The notes under the pieces: model-generated
What the model was told of the DNA's origin: nothing
The model's input: only the letters and a program-made list of their open reading frames with translations
Database searches by the model: none
Origin: a virus
IMG/VR virus record: IMGVR_UViG_3300048909_000330
Span: 598-64,597 of that record
Strand: one strand, 5' to 3'
DNA: 64,000 nt
Program-made: the position numbers and the translations under genes
Shown: positions 33,948 to 44,578 of the stretch, in pieces
How the letters are laid out: each line of letters starts with the position of its first letter
Position numbering within the stretch: position 1 is the stretch's first letter

Positions 33948-34307
33948 ATGATGACTTACCCTAACGACCAAGGAAATCCCGCCGGGGCAATTCCCGTCTA
34001 CATCACTTCGGGATCGGGCGGCAGTGGTGGCGGCTTGGCTGGTCCTGCCAAGGCGGGCGTTAGCGTCAAAGGCGCCGCCGGCACGACTTCGACGGCGATC
34101 ATTGCCGCAGGCGCATTCGCTGGATGGGTGACGATTCAAAACACGCACGCCAGTCAAACGCTGTTCGTCTCGTTCACGGCGCCCGCGACTGCGACTGACA
34201 TCGCGATTCTGCCGGGTGCTGGGTTGACGCTGCCGTTCGGGCCGACCAATGCGCTGAATGGTATTGGCTCGGCTGCCGGGACGACATTTGCCGCAGTGGG
34301 GTATTAA
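33948..34307 (+). CDS. Small beta-rich late protein (possible virion decoration)
   Basis: G/A/T-rich composition; VTIQNTHASQTLFV. Confidence 0.65.
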   Translation: MMTYPNDQGNPAGAIPVYITSGSGGSGGGLAGPAKAGVSVKGAAGTTSTAIIAAGAFAGWVTIQNTHASQTLFVSFTAPATATDIAILPGAGLTLPFGPTNALNGIGSAAGTTFAAVGY

Positions 34308-35042
34308 ATGCGCCAACTCGCTTTCCTGCTTGCCCTACTACCGTCGCTCGCGTTCGCACAGTTGTCGGTCCCCTACAACCCGGCTAACGTCCACATCACG
34401 GGCGGCACCGCAGCTTTCACGGGAACCGTGACCACGACCGGAAACGTGAACGTGCAGGGTAACGTCAGTTCGACGTCCAACACGCAGCCGGCGAGCCCCA
34501 CGAACTCCGGCGTAGCACTGAATGCGACCCCGAACATCGCTGATGTGCAGATGTTCGACTCGACGCAATCGACGAACAACCGTACCGCCGAGTGGATCTT
34601 CTGGAGCGGCGCTGCATCCCTGCGTTTCGCAAACGATGCCCATAGCGCGGTTCAAGTTCCATTCTCCGTGACTGGCGGTCAGGCCGCCGGCATTACGGGG
34701 ATCACTTCCAATAGTGGCACGGGAAGCTGGACACATACCGGCAACATGGCTGTATCGGGGCAACTAATTGCTGGCAGCGGTACCTTGAACGTTTATTCGG
34801 CGACCGGTACTGCGGTTGCGACTCCGCATGTGGTGACCGGCACGGTGACGCTAGCTTCGGGGAATGGAACTGCCACCTTTACCGGCAACGCTGTGTTTAG
34901 TAACACTACCTCCTACGTCTGCACGGCGACGAACACATCCACGAATAGCGCCGTACGCGCCACGAACGCGTCTGCGTCGTCCGTCACGTTTAACTCAGGT
35001 GCCTCGACGGACGTGATTGCGTATCAGTGCATCGGCAACTAA
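34308..35042 (+). CDS. Beta-rich late protein with a Sec-type signal peptide
   Basis: MRQLAFLLALLPSLAFA|Q; T/N/S/G-rich; two C-terminal Cys. Confidence 0.7.
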   Translation: MRQLAFLLALLPSLAFAQLSVPYNPANVHITGGTAAFTGTVTTTGNVNVQGNVSSTSNTQPASPTNSGVALNATPNIADVQMFDSTQSTNNRTAEWIFWSGAASLRFANDAHSAVQVPFSVTGGQAAGITGITSNSGTGSWTHTGNMAVSGQLIAGSGTLNVYSATGTAVATPHVVTGTVTLASGNGTATFTGNAVFSNTTSYVCTATNTSTNSAVRATNASASSVTFNSGASTDVIAYQCIGN

Positions 35043-35065
35043 TCAGTAAGGGCCTATGCCCATGA

Positions 35066-35764
35066 GTGGGTATGGCGACAAATATGGCGCAAGAAAAGAA
35101 AGCCGCGCCTGACTGGGAGCGCATTGAGGCAGATTACCGGGCTGGCGTCCTGTCAATACGGGAAATAGCCGGCGCACACGGAATTACCGACACCGCCATC
35201 CGCAAGCGCGCCAAGCGTGACGGATGGGAGCGAGACCTGGCCGAACGCATACAGGCTAAGGCTGACGCGCTGGTTCGCACCGCAGAGGTTCGCACACAGG
35301 TTCGCACGGAAAGCGCAATCCCGGAGCGCGAACTCGTAGAGGCGAATGCGGAGGCAATCGCTCGTGTCCGGATGGCGCACCGGAGCGATATTGCCCGCTC
35401 CCGAAAGCTTGCGATGTCCCTGCTCGAAGAGTTGGAAATTGAGACGGGCGACCTTGAGTTATTCCGCGAGCTTGGGGAAATCCTCCGATCCGACGATGAC
35501 AAGGGTCAGGACAGGCGCAATGACCTGTACAACAAGGTCATCTCCAGCGCTGGCCGTATCGACAGCATGAAGAAGTTGGCCGATACCATGAAGACGCTGG
35601 TCGGGCTTGAGCGCGAAGCTTATGGATTGGTGGAGGCGCAAAAGCTGGAGGTTAACGCGCATGTGTCAACCACGACCAAGAGCGCCCAGGAAATGACGGA
35701 TGACGAACTCGCCGCCTACATTGCAGCAAGCGGCGCAAGAACTATGGATTCGCCGCAGGGCTAG
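35066..35764 (+). CDS. terS: Terminase small subunit
   Basis: PDWERIEADYRAG..SIREIA...AIRKRAKRDGWERDL. Confidence 0.88.
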   Translation: MGMATNMAQEKKAAPDWERIEADYRAGVLSIREIAGAHGITDTAIRKRAKRDGWERDLAERIQAKADALVRTAEVRTQVRTESAIPERELVEANAEAIARVRMAHRSDIARSRKLAMSLLEELEIETGDLELFRELGEILRSDDDKGQDRRNDLYNKVISSAGRIDSMKKLADTMKTLVGLEREAYGLVEAQKLEVNAHVSTTTKSAQEMTDDELAAYIAASGARTMDSPQG

Positions 35765-37244
35765 GGAAGACGTACTGGCCTACGCGCAGGCCATTGAAAT
35801 ACCCGGCAAGCCAGCCGGCGAAGATCCAGATACGGAGTTCTTCGAGCCCATCGAATCGACGATGGCGCAGCACCACCGTCTCATTCTCGAGACGATGGAG
35901 CGGGTCAGCAAGACGCCGCACGGGCGGGCGATGTTCTTCATGCCACCCGGTAGCGCGAAGTCGACTTACGCGTCGGTTGTGTTCCCCTCGCGCTATCTTG
36001 GCGCAGAGAAGAACCGCAAGGTCATTCTGGCCAGCTACGGCGATGACCTCGCCCGCAAGATGGGTCGCCGCACGCGGTCGATCATCAAGCAGAAGCGGTT
36101 CAAGGGAATCTTTGGTTGCGAGTTGACGACCGAATCGTCGGCCGCACAGGAATTCTCGTTGACGAACGGTAGCGAGTACATCGCGACCGGGATTCTGGGG
36201 GGCGTCACTGGTAACCGTGCCAACGGGATCATTATTGATGACCCGGTGAAGGGCCGCGAACAGGCTGACTCGCCGACGATCCGCGACAAGACGTGGGATG
36301 CGTATAACGACGACCTGAAAACTCGTCTCATCCCTGGCGGCTGGGTCGTCATCATCCAGACCCGGTGGCACGAAGACGACCTCGCTGGCCGCATCCTTCC
36401 GGAAGACTGGAAAGGCGAGTCAGGCCCGATCCTTTGCCGCGACGGCAATGTCTGGGAAGTCGTCTGCCTGCAGGCGCGCTGCGAAGTCCAGAACGATCCG
36501 CTTGGCCGCAAGATTGGTGAATACCTCTGGCCCGAGTGGTTCACAGAAAAGCACTGGCTGCAGTTTCAGAACAACGTTCGTACGTGGACCTCGCTGTATC
36601 AGCAGTTGCCGAGGCCGCTCGAGGGGACATTGTTCCAACTGCCGAGCATGCTGGTTGATGGCATGCCGGTGGCAATGCCGAGGGCGTGCGATTACGTGTT
36701 CTGTACGATCGACTCCGCTTTGAAGGCAGGAGATAAGAACGACGGCACGGCAGTTGCATTCTGGGCACGCAATCGGTACGTCGGTCATCCTCTGATCCTT
36801 CTGGATTGGGATATCCGGCAAATCGAAAGCGACCTTCTGGCGGACTGGTTCCCGACCATCATGGAGCGCCTTGTCGAGTTAGCCAGGATAACTGGTGCGC
36901 GTTTGGGAAGTGCCGGGGCGTTCGTCGAGGACAAGGGCTCAGGCGTGACGCTGCTCCAGCGTGCGGCGCGTAGCGGCTGGCCGGCAACGCCAATCGACAG
37001 CAAACTCACATCGCTAAGCAAAGATGCCCGTGGAACTGGTGTCTCCGACTTTGTGTATCACGGCAAGGTCAAGATCAGCGATAACGCGTACGACAAAAAG
37101 GTCCAATACAAGGACCGCCTGCAAAACCACTTCCTCAGTCAATTCTTCGGTTATCGCCTTGGCATTCCCAATCAGGCGGATGACTTATTTGATGTCGGCG
37201 TCTACGGCATAGCAATCGGCCTGGGCGACAGCAAAGGCTTATAG
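35700..37244 (+). CDS. terL: Terminase large subunit
   Basis: MPPGSAKST Walker A, IIIDDP Walker B, IQTRWHEDDL, IDSA...DGTA, EDKGSG. Confidence 0.95.
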   Translation: MTNSPPTLQQAAQELWIRRRAREDVLAYAQAIEIPGKPAGEDPDTEFFEPIESTMAQHHRLILETMERVSKTPHGRAMFFMPPGSAKSTYASVVFPSRYLGAEKNRKVILASYGDDLARKMGRRTRSIIKQKRFKGIFGCELTTESSAAQEFSLTNGSEYIATGILGGVTGNRANGIIIDDPVKGREQADSPTIRDKTWDAYNDDLKTRLIPGGWVVIIQTRWHEDDLAGRILPEDWKGESGPILCRDGNVWEVVCLQARCEVQNDPLGRKIGEYLWPEWFTEKHWLQFQNNVRTWTSLYQQLPRPLEGTLFQLPSMLVDGMPVAMPRACDYVFCTIDSALKAGDKNDGTAVAFWARNRYVGHPLILLDWDIRQIESDLLADWFPTIMERLVELARITGARLGSAGAFVEDKGSGVTLLQRAARSGWPATPIDSKLTSLSKDARGTGVSDFVYHGKVKISDNAYDKKVQYKDRLQNHFLSQFFGYRLGIPNQADDLFDVGVYGIAIGLGDSKGL

Positions 37245-37255
37245 CACTCACCCTT

Positions 37256-38671
37256 ATGGCAGAAATCACAATCCAAGGCTCGAAGCTCTCTTCGAACCTG
37301 ATGACTCTGCTATTGGCGGATGACATCGTGCCGGGACACGCGCCCAGCTACGAGTTGTGCAAAACGATCTTCGCCTGGCATCCGCTTGGATCGAAGATCG
37401 TCGATCAGCCGATCAAGATCGCGATGAGTCAGCGGCGGAAGATCGCCGTTCCGGTGATGGCCGAAGAGCAAATTACCGATGCGTTTGAGCGTAAGTGGAC
37501 CGATCTGAACATCGATCCGAATATCGCCAACGTGTGGCGGCTTGGCAAGATTTACGGATCTGCGGCAATCGTATTTGGCGCGAAAGGCGTTGACACGAAA
37601 TCGCCTATCAAGCCCGAAGACCTCGCAAAACTCGAAGCCGATCTGTATTTCAATGCGCTCGATCCACTGAATACTGCGGGATCGTTGGTCCTCAACCAGG
37701 ACCCGAATGCGCCCGACTTTCAGAAGCCGACGACCGTCACCGCTGCAGGACAGGAGTATCACCCTTCCCGCTCGCTCGTCTTCTTCAACGAAGCTCCGCT
37801 GTACATCGAGTACACCAATTCGGCGTATGGCTACACAGGCCGCTCGGTCTATCAGCGCGCCCTGTACCCGCTGAAGTCATTCGTGCAAACGATGATTGCG
37901 GACGACATGGTGGCCCGCAAGGCAGGCGTCATCGTCGCAAAGATGATTCAGGCGGGGTCGATCGCTGATAAGGCGATGGCAGTTTTCCAAGGTATCAAGC
38001 GGAACGTCGTCAAGGAGGCGCAGACTGACAACGTCATCAATATCACGCCAGAGGAATCGATTGAAACTCTGGATCTGATGAACGTCGATAAGGCGCTTGG
38101 CGCAGCTCGCAAGAATATTCTTGAGAACATCGCCGCAGCAGTTCCGCAGCCGGCCAAGTTGCTGAATTCGGAGTCGTACGCCGAAGGATTTGGCGAGGGC
38201 ACAGAAGACGCGAAGGAAGTGGTTCGCTACATCAACCACGAGCGCCAGACGGTCAAGCCGATCTACGACTTCTTCGACAACATTGTGATGCGCCTCGCGT
38301 GGAGTGAGGAATTCTTCAAGACCATTCAGGCTCAAGTGCCTGAGTACGAAAAGATCGATTACCAGACGTTCTTCTATCAATGCAAGAACGCCTTCTCTGC
38401 CGAGTGGCCGAATCTGCTTGAAGAGCCTGAGTCGGAGTTGGTGAAGGTTGAAAAGGTCAAGTTTGAGGCGATTACTGACGCACTTGAAGTGCTCATGCCC
38501 CAGGTTGATCCGAAGAACAAGGCAACGCTGATTCAGTGGGCTGCAGACAACCTCAACGAGTCAAAGCACCTCTTCACTAATCCGCTTACGCTGGATTACG
38601 AAGACCTGGTGAATTACGAACCTCCCGCACCGCCAGAAGAACCTAGCGAACCGCGCCCGCACAACATCTAA
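37256..38671 (+). CDS. Portal protein (DUF1073-like)
   Basis: Follows terL; YTGRSVYQRA...; size and motifs fit. Confidence 0.88.
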   Translation: MAEITIQGSKLSSNLMTLLLADDIVPGHAPSYELCKTIFAWHPLGSKIVDQPIKIAMSQRRKIAVPVMAEEQITDAFERKWTDLNIDPNIANVWRLGKIYGSAAIVFGAKGVDTKSPIKPEDLAKLEADLYFNALDPLNTAGSLVLNQDPNAPDFQKPTTVTAAGQEYHPSRSLVFFNEAPLYIEYTNSAYGYTGRSVYQRALYPLKSFVQTMIADDMVARKAGVIVAKMIQAGSIADKAMAVFQGIKRNVVKEAQTDNVINITPEESIETLDLMNVDKALGAARKNILENIAAAVPQPAKLLNSESYAEGFGEGTEDAKEVVRYINHERQTVKPIYDFFDNIVMRLAWSEEFFKTIQAQVPEYEKIDYQTFFYQCKNAFSAEWPNLLEEPESELVKVEKVKFEAITDALEVLMPQVDPKNKATLIQWAADNLNESKHLFTNPLTLDYEDLVNYEPPAPPEEPSEPRPHNI

Positions 38672-39507
38672 TGGCCTCGCAATCCTTCTATACCGTGGTG
38701 AGCGAGGCCATTCGCCACTTCGAGCAGAACGGCTTCACGTCTGCCGAAGAACTGGCGATGTGGACCGAGCGCATCCGTAAGGCGGCGGTCGACTCTTTGA
38801 CGCCTGAATCTGTGCTCAACGACACGCTGACGCGGACGCTTGGAGGCATCTATAAGCGTCTCGTCGACGACGGTCAATTGCTCAAAGCGAATCCTGGCAT
38901 CCCGAAGTACACGATTGAGCGCCTGAAGCCGAAGCTTCGCACCGAACTCGATCGCCGCATGATGGTCTCGCGGAGTCTGATCAAGTTGAATCGCGAGCAG
39001 TCAGTGCAGAAGGTGACGCAGCGCTTCGCCGGATGGGCTTCGTCGATTCCTGCCGGCGGCAGTCGCGCGGTCGACGTGAAGGATACGAAAGACCACATCC
39101 GCAAGGCTCTTACATCGCTGTCGTTCGAAGACCGGCGAGTTGCCATCGATCAGTCCCACAAGTTCACCGCGGCGTTAAACGAAATCGTCGCGGTCGACGG
39201 CGGTGCGATAGCGATGCGCTGGAATTCTCAGTGGAAGCGTCCAGGCTATCAGTACCGCAAAGACCATAAGGAGCGCGACCAGAAGGTCTATCTGCTCCGA
39301 TCAAGTTGGGCCAAAGACAAAGGTCTTGTCAAGCCCGGTCCCGATGGCTACTACGACGACATCACCAAGGTCGGTGAGGAAGTCTATTGCTCGTGCTTTG
39401 CGACGTGGATTTACAACCTGCGCGACCTTCCCGAAGACATGATCACCCAGAAGGGCAAGGATGAACTTGCCGCAGTGCGCGCGAAGATCGCAGCGATGAG
39501 AGCCTGA
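38671..39507 (+). CDS. Head morphogenesis (MuF/gp7-like) protein
   Basis: [11 protein letters not shown]...[11 protein letters not shown]...GEEVYCSC. Confidence 0.8.
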   Translation: MASQSFYTVVSEAIRHFEQNGFTSAEELAMWTERIRKAAVDSLTPESVLNDTLTRTLGGIYKRLVDDGQLLKANPGIPKYTIERLKPKLRTELDRRMMVSRSLIKLNREQSVQKVTQRFAGWASSIPAGGSRAVDVKDTKDHIRKALTSLSFEDRRVAIDQSHKFTAALNEIVAVDGGAIAMRWNSQWKRPGYQYRKDHKERDQKVYLLRSSWAKDKGLVKPGPDGYYDDITKVGEEVYCSCFATWIYNLRDLPEDMITQKGKDELAAVRAKIAAMRA

Positions 39508-39508
39508 T

Positions 39509-41479
39509 ATGCCACTAGAAGAAGGATCGAACAAAGAGGCGATCAGCAAGAATATTGCGACCGAAATCGACGCAGGGAAAGATCCGAAGCAGGCAGCCGC
39601 CATCGCATACAGCGTCGCCGGCAAGTCTGATGAAGATCCAAGGAAGCCGCTTATCGATGGTTTCGAGGCGATTTGGAAGTCGTGCGAACGTAACTCTCCT
39701 AAAGCCGACTCCGAAAAGGTCAAGGCGGCTGGCACACTGATCGTCGCTGACGGCAACGTCCTGTTCCTGCGCCGCGGCAACGGTGGCGATCACCCGGGCG
39801 AATGGTCGTTTGCCGGCGGAAAGATCGAAGCCGGCGAAACGCCTGAAGAAGCCGCCCGACGCGAGACTCAGGAAGAAACCGGCTACGAGCCGCACAAGCT
39901 GATCGAGCTTGGCAAGTCGGATGACGGATCGGTCGAGTTCACGACGTTCTACAACGAGTCCAGGCCGTTCGATGTCGCACTGAGCGACGAGAGCACAGAA
40001 TTCCTGTGGTCGCCCCTTGGCTCGTGGCCCGAACCCCTGCACCCTGGTTGTCGCTTCGTTCTCGAGTCGGACGCTTTCAAGGCGATCCGCAAAGCGCACA
40101 TGACGGAGACGGACCTCGCGCGAGCGATGGTCGCGGGCGAATATTCATCGCCGCAGTTCTTCGTGAACATGTGGCTGTTCGACATTCGCATCACCGGTAC
40201 GGGCACATCGTACCGATCGAAGGATGAGGAATACGTCTATCGGCCGCCCGAGGAATATCTCAATGATGAATTCCTGGCGCGCTGCAACGGCTTGCCGGTC
40301 ATCGTCGATCATCCCGAGAACTCGAACCTGAATTCGGAAGAGTTCAAGAAGCGTTCTGTCGGCTCGGTCATGTTGCCCTACATCAAGGGCGACGAAGTTT
40401 GGGCAATCGTTCGCATCTACGACGAGGCAACCGCGACCCTGATGTCGCAAGAGCAACTATCAACCTCGCCTAACGTCGTATTCCGCAATCCGAAGTTGGA
40501 AAACACTGTTGTAACCCTCGACAACGGTGAGAAAGGTCTTATTGAGGGAAACCCAAAACTGCTCGACCACATCGCGATCTGCGAGGTTGGCGTGTGGGAC
40601 AAGGGCGGTCCGCCTGCTGGCGTATCTACCACTAACGTTCAGGAACCTGAGATGACTGAAGAAGAGCGTAAGGCCAAGGCGGACGCCGAGGCGAAGCAAG
40701 AACTCGAAGCGAAAGCCAAGGCCGACGCTGAGGAAAAGGCGAAGGCTGATGCCGAAGAGAAGGCTAAGGCAGACTCCGACAAATGGGACAAGCTGATGTC
40801 GGCTGTCGATTCGCTCGCGAAGCGCATGGACTCGGTTGAGGGCAAGAAGGCTGACGCAATGCCGGCTGAGGAATTGGCCGCTGCGGACAAAGCCAAAGCC
40901 GATGCTGAAGCCAAGGAAAAGGAAGAGGCTGAAGCAAAGGCCAAGGCCGATGCGGAGGAGAAAGAGAAGGAAGAGGCTGCGAAGGCCGATTCCGAGAAAT
41001 CAGCCCTCCTCGATCGCGTTGCTCAACTCGAAAAGATGCTGGTGCAGACTGCGCAACTCGCAGTCAAGCCGCTGACCGATGCTGACCACGCTGCGTTCGC
41101 TGACGCTCAAGCGAAGTCCGACAGCATCTATTCGGCGTTTGGCAAGCAGGCTCCGCGCGCCCTCAACGGCGAAGACGTGCTGGCATATCGCAAGCGCCTC
41201 GCCGCCCCGATGAAGTCGCACAGCACGGCGTGGAAGGACGTGGATCTGAGCAATCTCGAGGCGTCGGTCTTCGACATCGCTGAGTCCGCGATTTACGCCG
41301 ACGCAATGGACGCCGCAGTTCGCCCGGTCGGTTCGCCCGAAGGCGGTCTTCGCGCAGTTACCAAGGATATCGGCACAGGCCACCGCGTCACGACGTTCTA
41401 CGGCAAGCCGAGCGACTGGATGGATGACTTCCGTGCTCCGCGCGCCAAAGGCCGAATCAACGTTCAGAAGAGCCATTAA
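39509..41479 (+). CDS. NUDIX hydrolase, DUF2213-like prohead protease and scaffold fusion
   Basis: Intact Nudix box [22 protein letters not shown]; VYRPPEEYL...LPVIVDHP...LLDHIAIC; KADAE-rich scaffold. Confidence 0.88.
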   Translation: MPLEEGSNKEAISKNIATEIDAGKDPKQAAAIAYSVAGKSDEDPRKPLIDGFEAIWKSCERNSPKADSEKVKAAGTLIVADGNVLFLRRGNGGDHPGEWSFAGGKIEAGETPEEAARRETQEETGYEPHKLIELGKSDDGSVEFTTFYNESRPFDVALSDESTEFLWSPLGSWPEPLHPGCRFVLESDAFKAIRKAHMTETDLARAMVAGEYSSPQFFVNMWLFDIRITGTGTSYRSKDEEYVYRPPEEYLNDEFLARCNGLPVIVDHPENSNLNSEEFKKRSVGSVMLPYIKGDEVWAIVRIYDEATATLMSQEQLSTSPNVVFRNPKLENTVVTLDNGEKGLIEGNPKLLDHIAICEVGVWDKGGPPAGVSTTNVQEPEMTEEERKAKADAEAKQELEAKAKADAEEKAKADAEEKAKADSDKWDKLMSAVDSLAKRMDSVEGKKADAMPAEELAAADKAKADAEAKEKEEAEAKAKADAEEKEKEEAAKADSEKSALLDRVAQLEKMLVQTAQLAVKPLTDADHAAFADAQAKSDSIYSAFGKQAPRALNGEDVLAYRKRLAAPMKSHSTAWKDVDLSNLEASVFDIAESAIYADAMDAAVRPVGSPEGGLRAVTKDIGTGHRVTTFYGKPSDWMDDFRAPRAKGRINVQKSH

Positions 41480-41499
41480 GGTTCCTCGTCGCCAATCCG

Positions 41500-41525
41500 A
41501 AGCCCGCCACTGAGCGGGCTTTTTC
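41500..41525 (+). terminator. Intrinsic terminator
   Basis: AGCCCGC-CACTGA-GCGGGCT followed by a T-run. Confidence 0.75.
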
Positions 41526-41542
41526 AATTCTGGAAGGAAAAA

Positions 41543-42424
41543 ATGGCATTCACTGTTCCCTTCAATCCGTACGCGACGACGAACGCTGCTGGCTCGTTTT
41601 CCGTGCAGAGCGCTGGTTACGTTCAGGGCGTATTCCTGGATGACCCGGCCATCCGCAACGAACTTGCCTCGGGCACCGTTTCGCAAAGCGCCACTTCCCC
41701 GATGTGGGGCGGCATGGCGATTTCGGAAAGCATCGCGCCGGCATCGGGCTATGACCGCACTCTCGGCGGCACGATCCTGCTTGCGAGTTCCGCGGCAAAC
41801 ATCACCGGCTTCACCGTGTTCAACCAGGCATACAGCCTCGTTGGTTCGCCGTCGAGCCCTGTTCCTGTGACCGGCAATCCGGGCGCGTCGGTTGCGTTCT
41901 TCCGCATGGGTTCGGGTGCACGCATTGCAGTTGCGGCTGATCCTTCGCTCGTCTCGCTGGATGGCAGCCTGATCACGACGCAAGTGTCGTGGGACTTCAA
42001 CAACCAGGTGCTGCAGCCGTTCACGTCGACCGGCACGACCTCCATCACGTCGCAAACGGCAACGTTCGCAAATGGCGTGTGGACTGTCGCGGTCGTGACC
42101 GCTGCGGCGTCGTTGGTCGGTGGCGTTGGCGACCTCATCAACATCTCTGGCGCAACGAACACCGGCACTGGTGGCGCACCGCTGGTGAACGGCAACCAGA
42201 TCGTCACGGCATTCACCGACAACCAGCACTTCAGCTATCAGGTTGTTGCTCCCGCAGGCGCCATCGGTACGATCGCTGGCACCCAGGTCCTGAACCAGGG
42301 CACGGGCGCACTGCCGGTGAAGATTCTCGATTTCAATGCCGGCAACAGCATGACCGTTTCGTACAACCCCATCACTGGCGCGACCTGGAATCGTCAAGGC
42401 TACGCGGCTCTCATCCAGATCTAA
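41543..42424 (+). CDS. Head decoration/cement protein
   Basis: Between scaffold and MCP; FSVQSAGYVQG...WGGMAISE. Confidence 0.75.
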   Translation: MAFTVPFNPYATTNAAGSFSVQSAGYVQGVFLDDPAIRNELASGTVSQSATSPMWGGMAISESIAPASGYDRTLGGTILLASSAANITGFTVFNQAYSLVGSPSSPVPVTGNPGASVAFFRMGSGARIAVAADPSLVSLDGSLITTQVSWDFNNQVLQPFTSTGTTSITSQTATFANGVWTVAVVTAAASLVGGVGDLINISGATNTGTGGAPLVNGNQIVTAFTDNQHFSYQVVAPAGAIGTIAGTQVLNQGTGALPVKILDFNAGNSMTVSYNPITGATWNRQGYAALIQI

Positions 42425-42436
42425 AGGAGATAACAC

Positions 42437-43456
42437 GTGGCCAATATCGTACCGGCACAAATCCGGGTTAGCCCGCACTACATGATTCCCGAGCTGATCC
42501 TGCAATATCAGCAGGCATCGGGCGCTTTTGACCTGATCGCGACCGGCGATCCGCTCGTCCGTCTCGGCGAAGATGACCTCGCCGTCTACGGAAAGCGACT
42601 GGACGTTCGCACGGAAGTGACGACCAGCCAGTTCGCGCCGAACCAGCTTCCGAGCTGCACGGTGGTGTACAACGAAATCAGCACGCCGACGTACCTGATT
42701 CAAACGCGCGCTGAATACGACCATCACGACACGGCCGCCCTCGGTCGCGTTGGCGTTGCGACGCCGGAAGCACATCGCCTTGCAATGCGTCAAGGCACGT
42801 TCCAGCAACAACGGAACCTGCTTCTGTTCGGCGCGAATCCGCTGAACGGCGAAGGTCTGTTGAACACGAACGGCGCGACGGCAATCAGCCTGCCGCCTGA
42901 CTCGAACGGCAACACGACCATCGTCACGTACGACAACGGTCAGCTCGCCCTGTTCCTGGCTCAGACGCTCGGCTCAATCAAGGTTCGCACGAACCAGATG
43001 GGCATGGGTGTGAAGTTCGCCGTCACGATGCCGCAGCGCGTTCTTGAGTCGATCAGCTACGACGTGGTTCAGTTGACCCAGTTCCAACGCCAAGGCGCTG
43101 GTTCGAAGTCGGCCCGCGGTCTCGTGGATGACGTGCTCGAGTGGAACGAGGACGACATCACGTGGGGCGCTGACGATACGTTAATCGGCAAGGGCGCTGG
43201 TGGCACGGACATGATCGTCATCTCCATGCCGGAAGTGAAAAAGCCGAAGGGCGGCAAGATCAACACGAACGCATTCGCCGAACTGACGCCGGGCCTTCAG
43301 GCTTGCGCGCTGCAGCTCGTCGACCGTGCGGCTCCGACTGAAATCACCGCTCCGCTGCCGAAGGGTGCGGTTGATGTCGTGTCGGAACTGCGCTCGACGT
43401 CGGGTTGGTCGATCCGTCCGGAAGCGATCACGCTTCTGAGCGTCCAGTACCAGTAA
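42437..43456 (+). CDS. Major capsid protein (DUF2184-like)
   Basis: 339 aa; position; VSPHYMIPELILQYQQASGAF. Confidence 0.85.
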   Translation: MANIVPAQIRVSPHYMIPELILQYQQASGAFDLIATGDPLVRLGEDDLAVYGKRLDVRTEVTTSQFAPNQLPSCTVVYNEISTPTYLIQTRAEYDHHDTAALGRVGVATPEAHRLAMRQGTFQQQRNLLLFGANPLNGEGLLNTNGATAISLPPDSNGNTTIVTYDNGQLALFLAQTLGSIKVRTNQMGMGVKFAVTMPQRVLESISYDVVQLTQFQRQGAGSKSARGLVDDVLEWNEDDITWGADDTLIGKGAGGTDMIVISMPEVKKPKGGKINTNAFAELTPGLQACALQLVDRAAPTEITAPLPKGAVDVVSELRSTSGWSIRPEAITLLSVQYQ

Positions 43457-43465
43457 TCGCTTAGC

Positions 43466-43532
43466 CATGCGGATAGGTTGCGCAACTGACAAGCACGTCC
43501 CCTGTCGTGTTTCCGCATGCTTCTACACAGGG
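43466..43532 (+). ncRNA. Three-way junction plus pseudoknot leader motif, copy C
   Basis: P1 CATGCGGA/TCCGCATG, UA, P2 GGTT/AACT, GACAA, P3 GCACG/CGTGT; loop CCCTGT pairs with ACAGGG. Confidence 0.65.
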
Positions 43533-43554
43533 ATTCTTCTAACAGGGAACTGTC

Positions 43555-44064
43555 ATGCCTTTGTATATCGCGAATTGCTCCAAGTTTAACTACGAATTGC
43601 ACTACTGGGTCGAGAACTCCAAGAAACCGGTGGTGACCAAGATCCGACCCGGCGGCCAGGAAAGCGTCTATCCGCAGGGGAATCGTCTCGATCACGAGCG
43701 CATCGTTGAGCAGCACAAGATTTACGGGCTGACGCCAGTCTCCGAGATTGACCGAAGCAAGCAATTCGTCGGACAGTGCTACCAGTTCGATACACCGATC
43801 CCGCACGATCGTCTTTTCACGACGATGGAGCGCAACGACGACGTTCTGTATGAACAGGCGCTCGAGCGACGCAAAGAAGCCGCAGTGGCAACGGACGATA
43901 TTGTCCGCAGGGCTGCGCAGGATGCCGGGATGAAGGTCGACAACATCGAGACCGAAATTCAGGAAATCGAGCAGAAAGGCGTTGAGCCGACTGTGCACGA
44001 AGTCATTACTGTTGGCGAACAGCGGAAGCCCGATGGTCGCCGCGGTCGCCGAAGCCGCAGCTAA
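43555..44064 (+). CDS. Virion-associated hypothetical protein
   Basis: MPLYIANCSKF...; follows the MCP. Confidence 0.75.
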   Translation: MPLYIANCSKFNYELHYWVENSKKPVVTKIRPGGQESVYPQGNRLDHERIVEQHKIYGLTPVSEIDRSKQFVGQCYQFDTPIPHDRLFTTMERNDDVLYEQALERRKEAAVATDDIVRRAAQDAGMKVDNIETEIQEIEQKGVEPTVHEVITVGEQRKPDGRRGRRSRS

Positions 44065-44066
44065 CC

Positions 44067-44570
44067 ATGCCCCTGTCCTGCCCTCCCTTCCTGCCCGGTA
44101 TGGGTGCGCTCGCTCCATGGCAAACGCAGAAGTGCCCGAACGCGACTGATCTGTACACGTTTTTGACGACGGTCGCGGGCGTGCCGACTGCCGATCTGCC
44201 GGCGGATAGTCCCTATGTGACGTGGGCATTGAGCTATGCCGAAGAGTTGACGTTGCTGGTATTGCGCGCGGTCGGGCAAGACTTCTACTGCTTCGCGGTC
44301 TACTGCCTCGCGACGTCATTCCTGCTGAACTGGTGCCCCGACCAACCGGGGCAAACGTTCTTCACGGAGGCGCGCGCGGACATGAAGCTAACCAGTTTCA
44401 CGCCCGGACTGGTCAATTCGGCTTCGGATCAAGGCACGTCGGATGGGCTGCTCTCGCCGGAGTTCTTGAGCGGTCTGACCATGCAAAACCTCCAGGCCCT
44501 CAAGGATCCTTTTGGGCGCCAATGGCTTGCAGCCAGCCAGGAGAACGGGCCGATCTGGGGCATCAGTTGA
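44067..44570 (+). CDS. Head-tail adaptor (DUF4054-like)
   Basis: Position; GLVNSASDQGTS...DPFGRQWL. Confidence 0.75.
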   Translation: MPLSCPPFLPGMGALAPWQTQKCPNATDLYTFLTTVAGVPTADLPADSPYVTWALSYAEELTLLVLRAVGQDFYCFAVYCLATSFLLNWCPDQPGQTFFTEARADMKLTSFTPGLVNSASDQGTSDGLLSPEFLSGLTMQNLQALKDPFGRQWLAASQENGPIWGIS

Positions 44571-44578
44571 GGTAGATC

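Noticed and set aside
40660-41000. GCGAAGGCCGATGC-type DNA repeats
   Set aside because: They encode the KADAE scaffold coiled coil; there is no spacer structure, so this is not CRISPR.
41000-44319. Long antisense ORFs (41000-42811 and 43297-44319; likewise 19030-19950 and 22699-23514)
   Set aside because: They are shadows of GC-rich sense genes, with no RBS or motifs, unlike the same-strand nested ORFs in the MTases.
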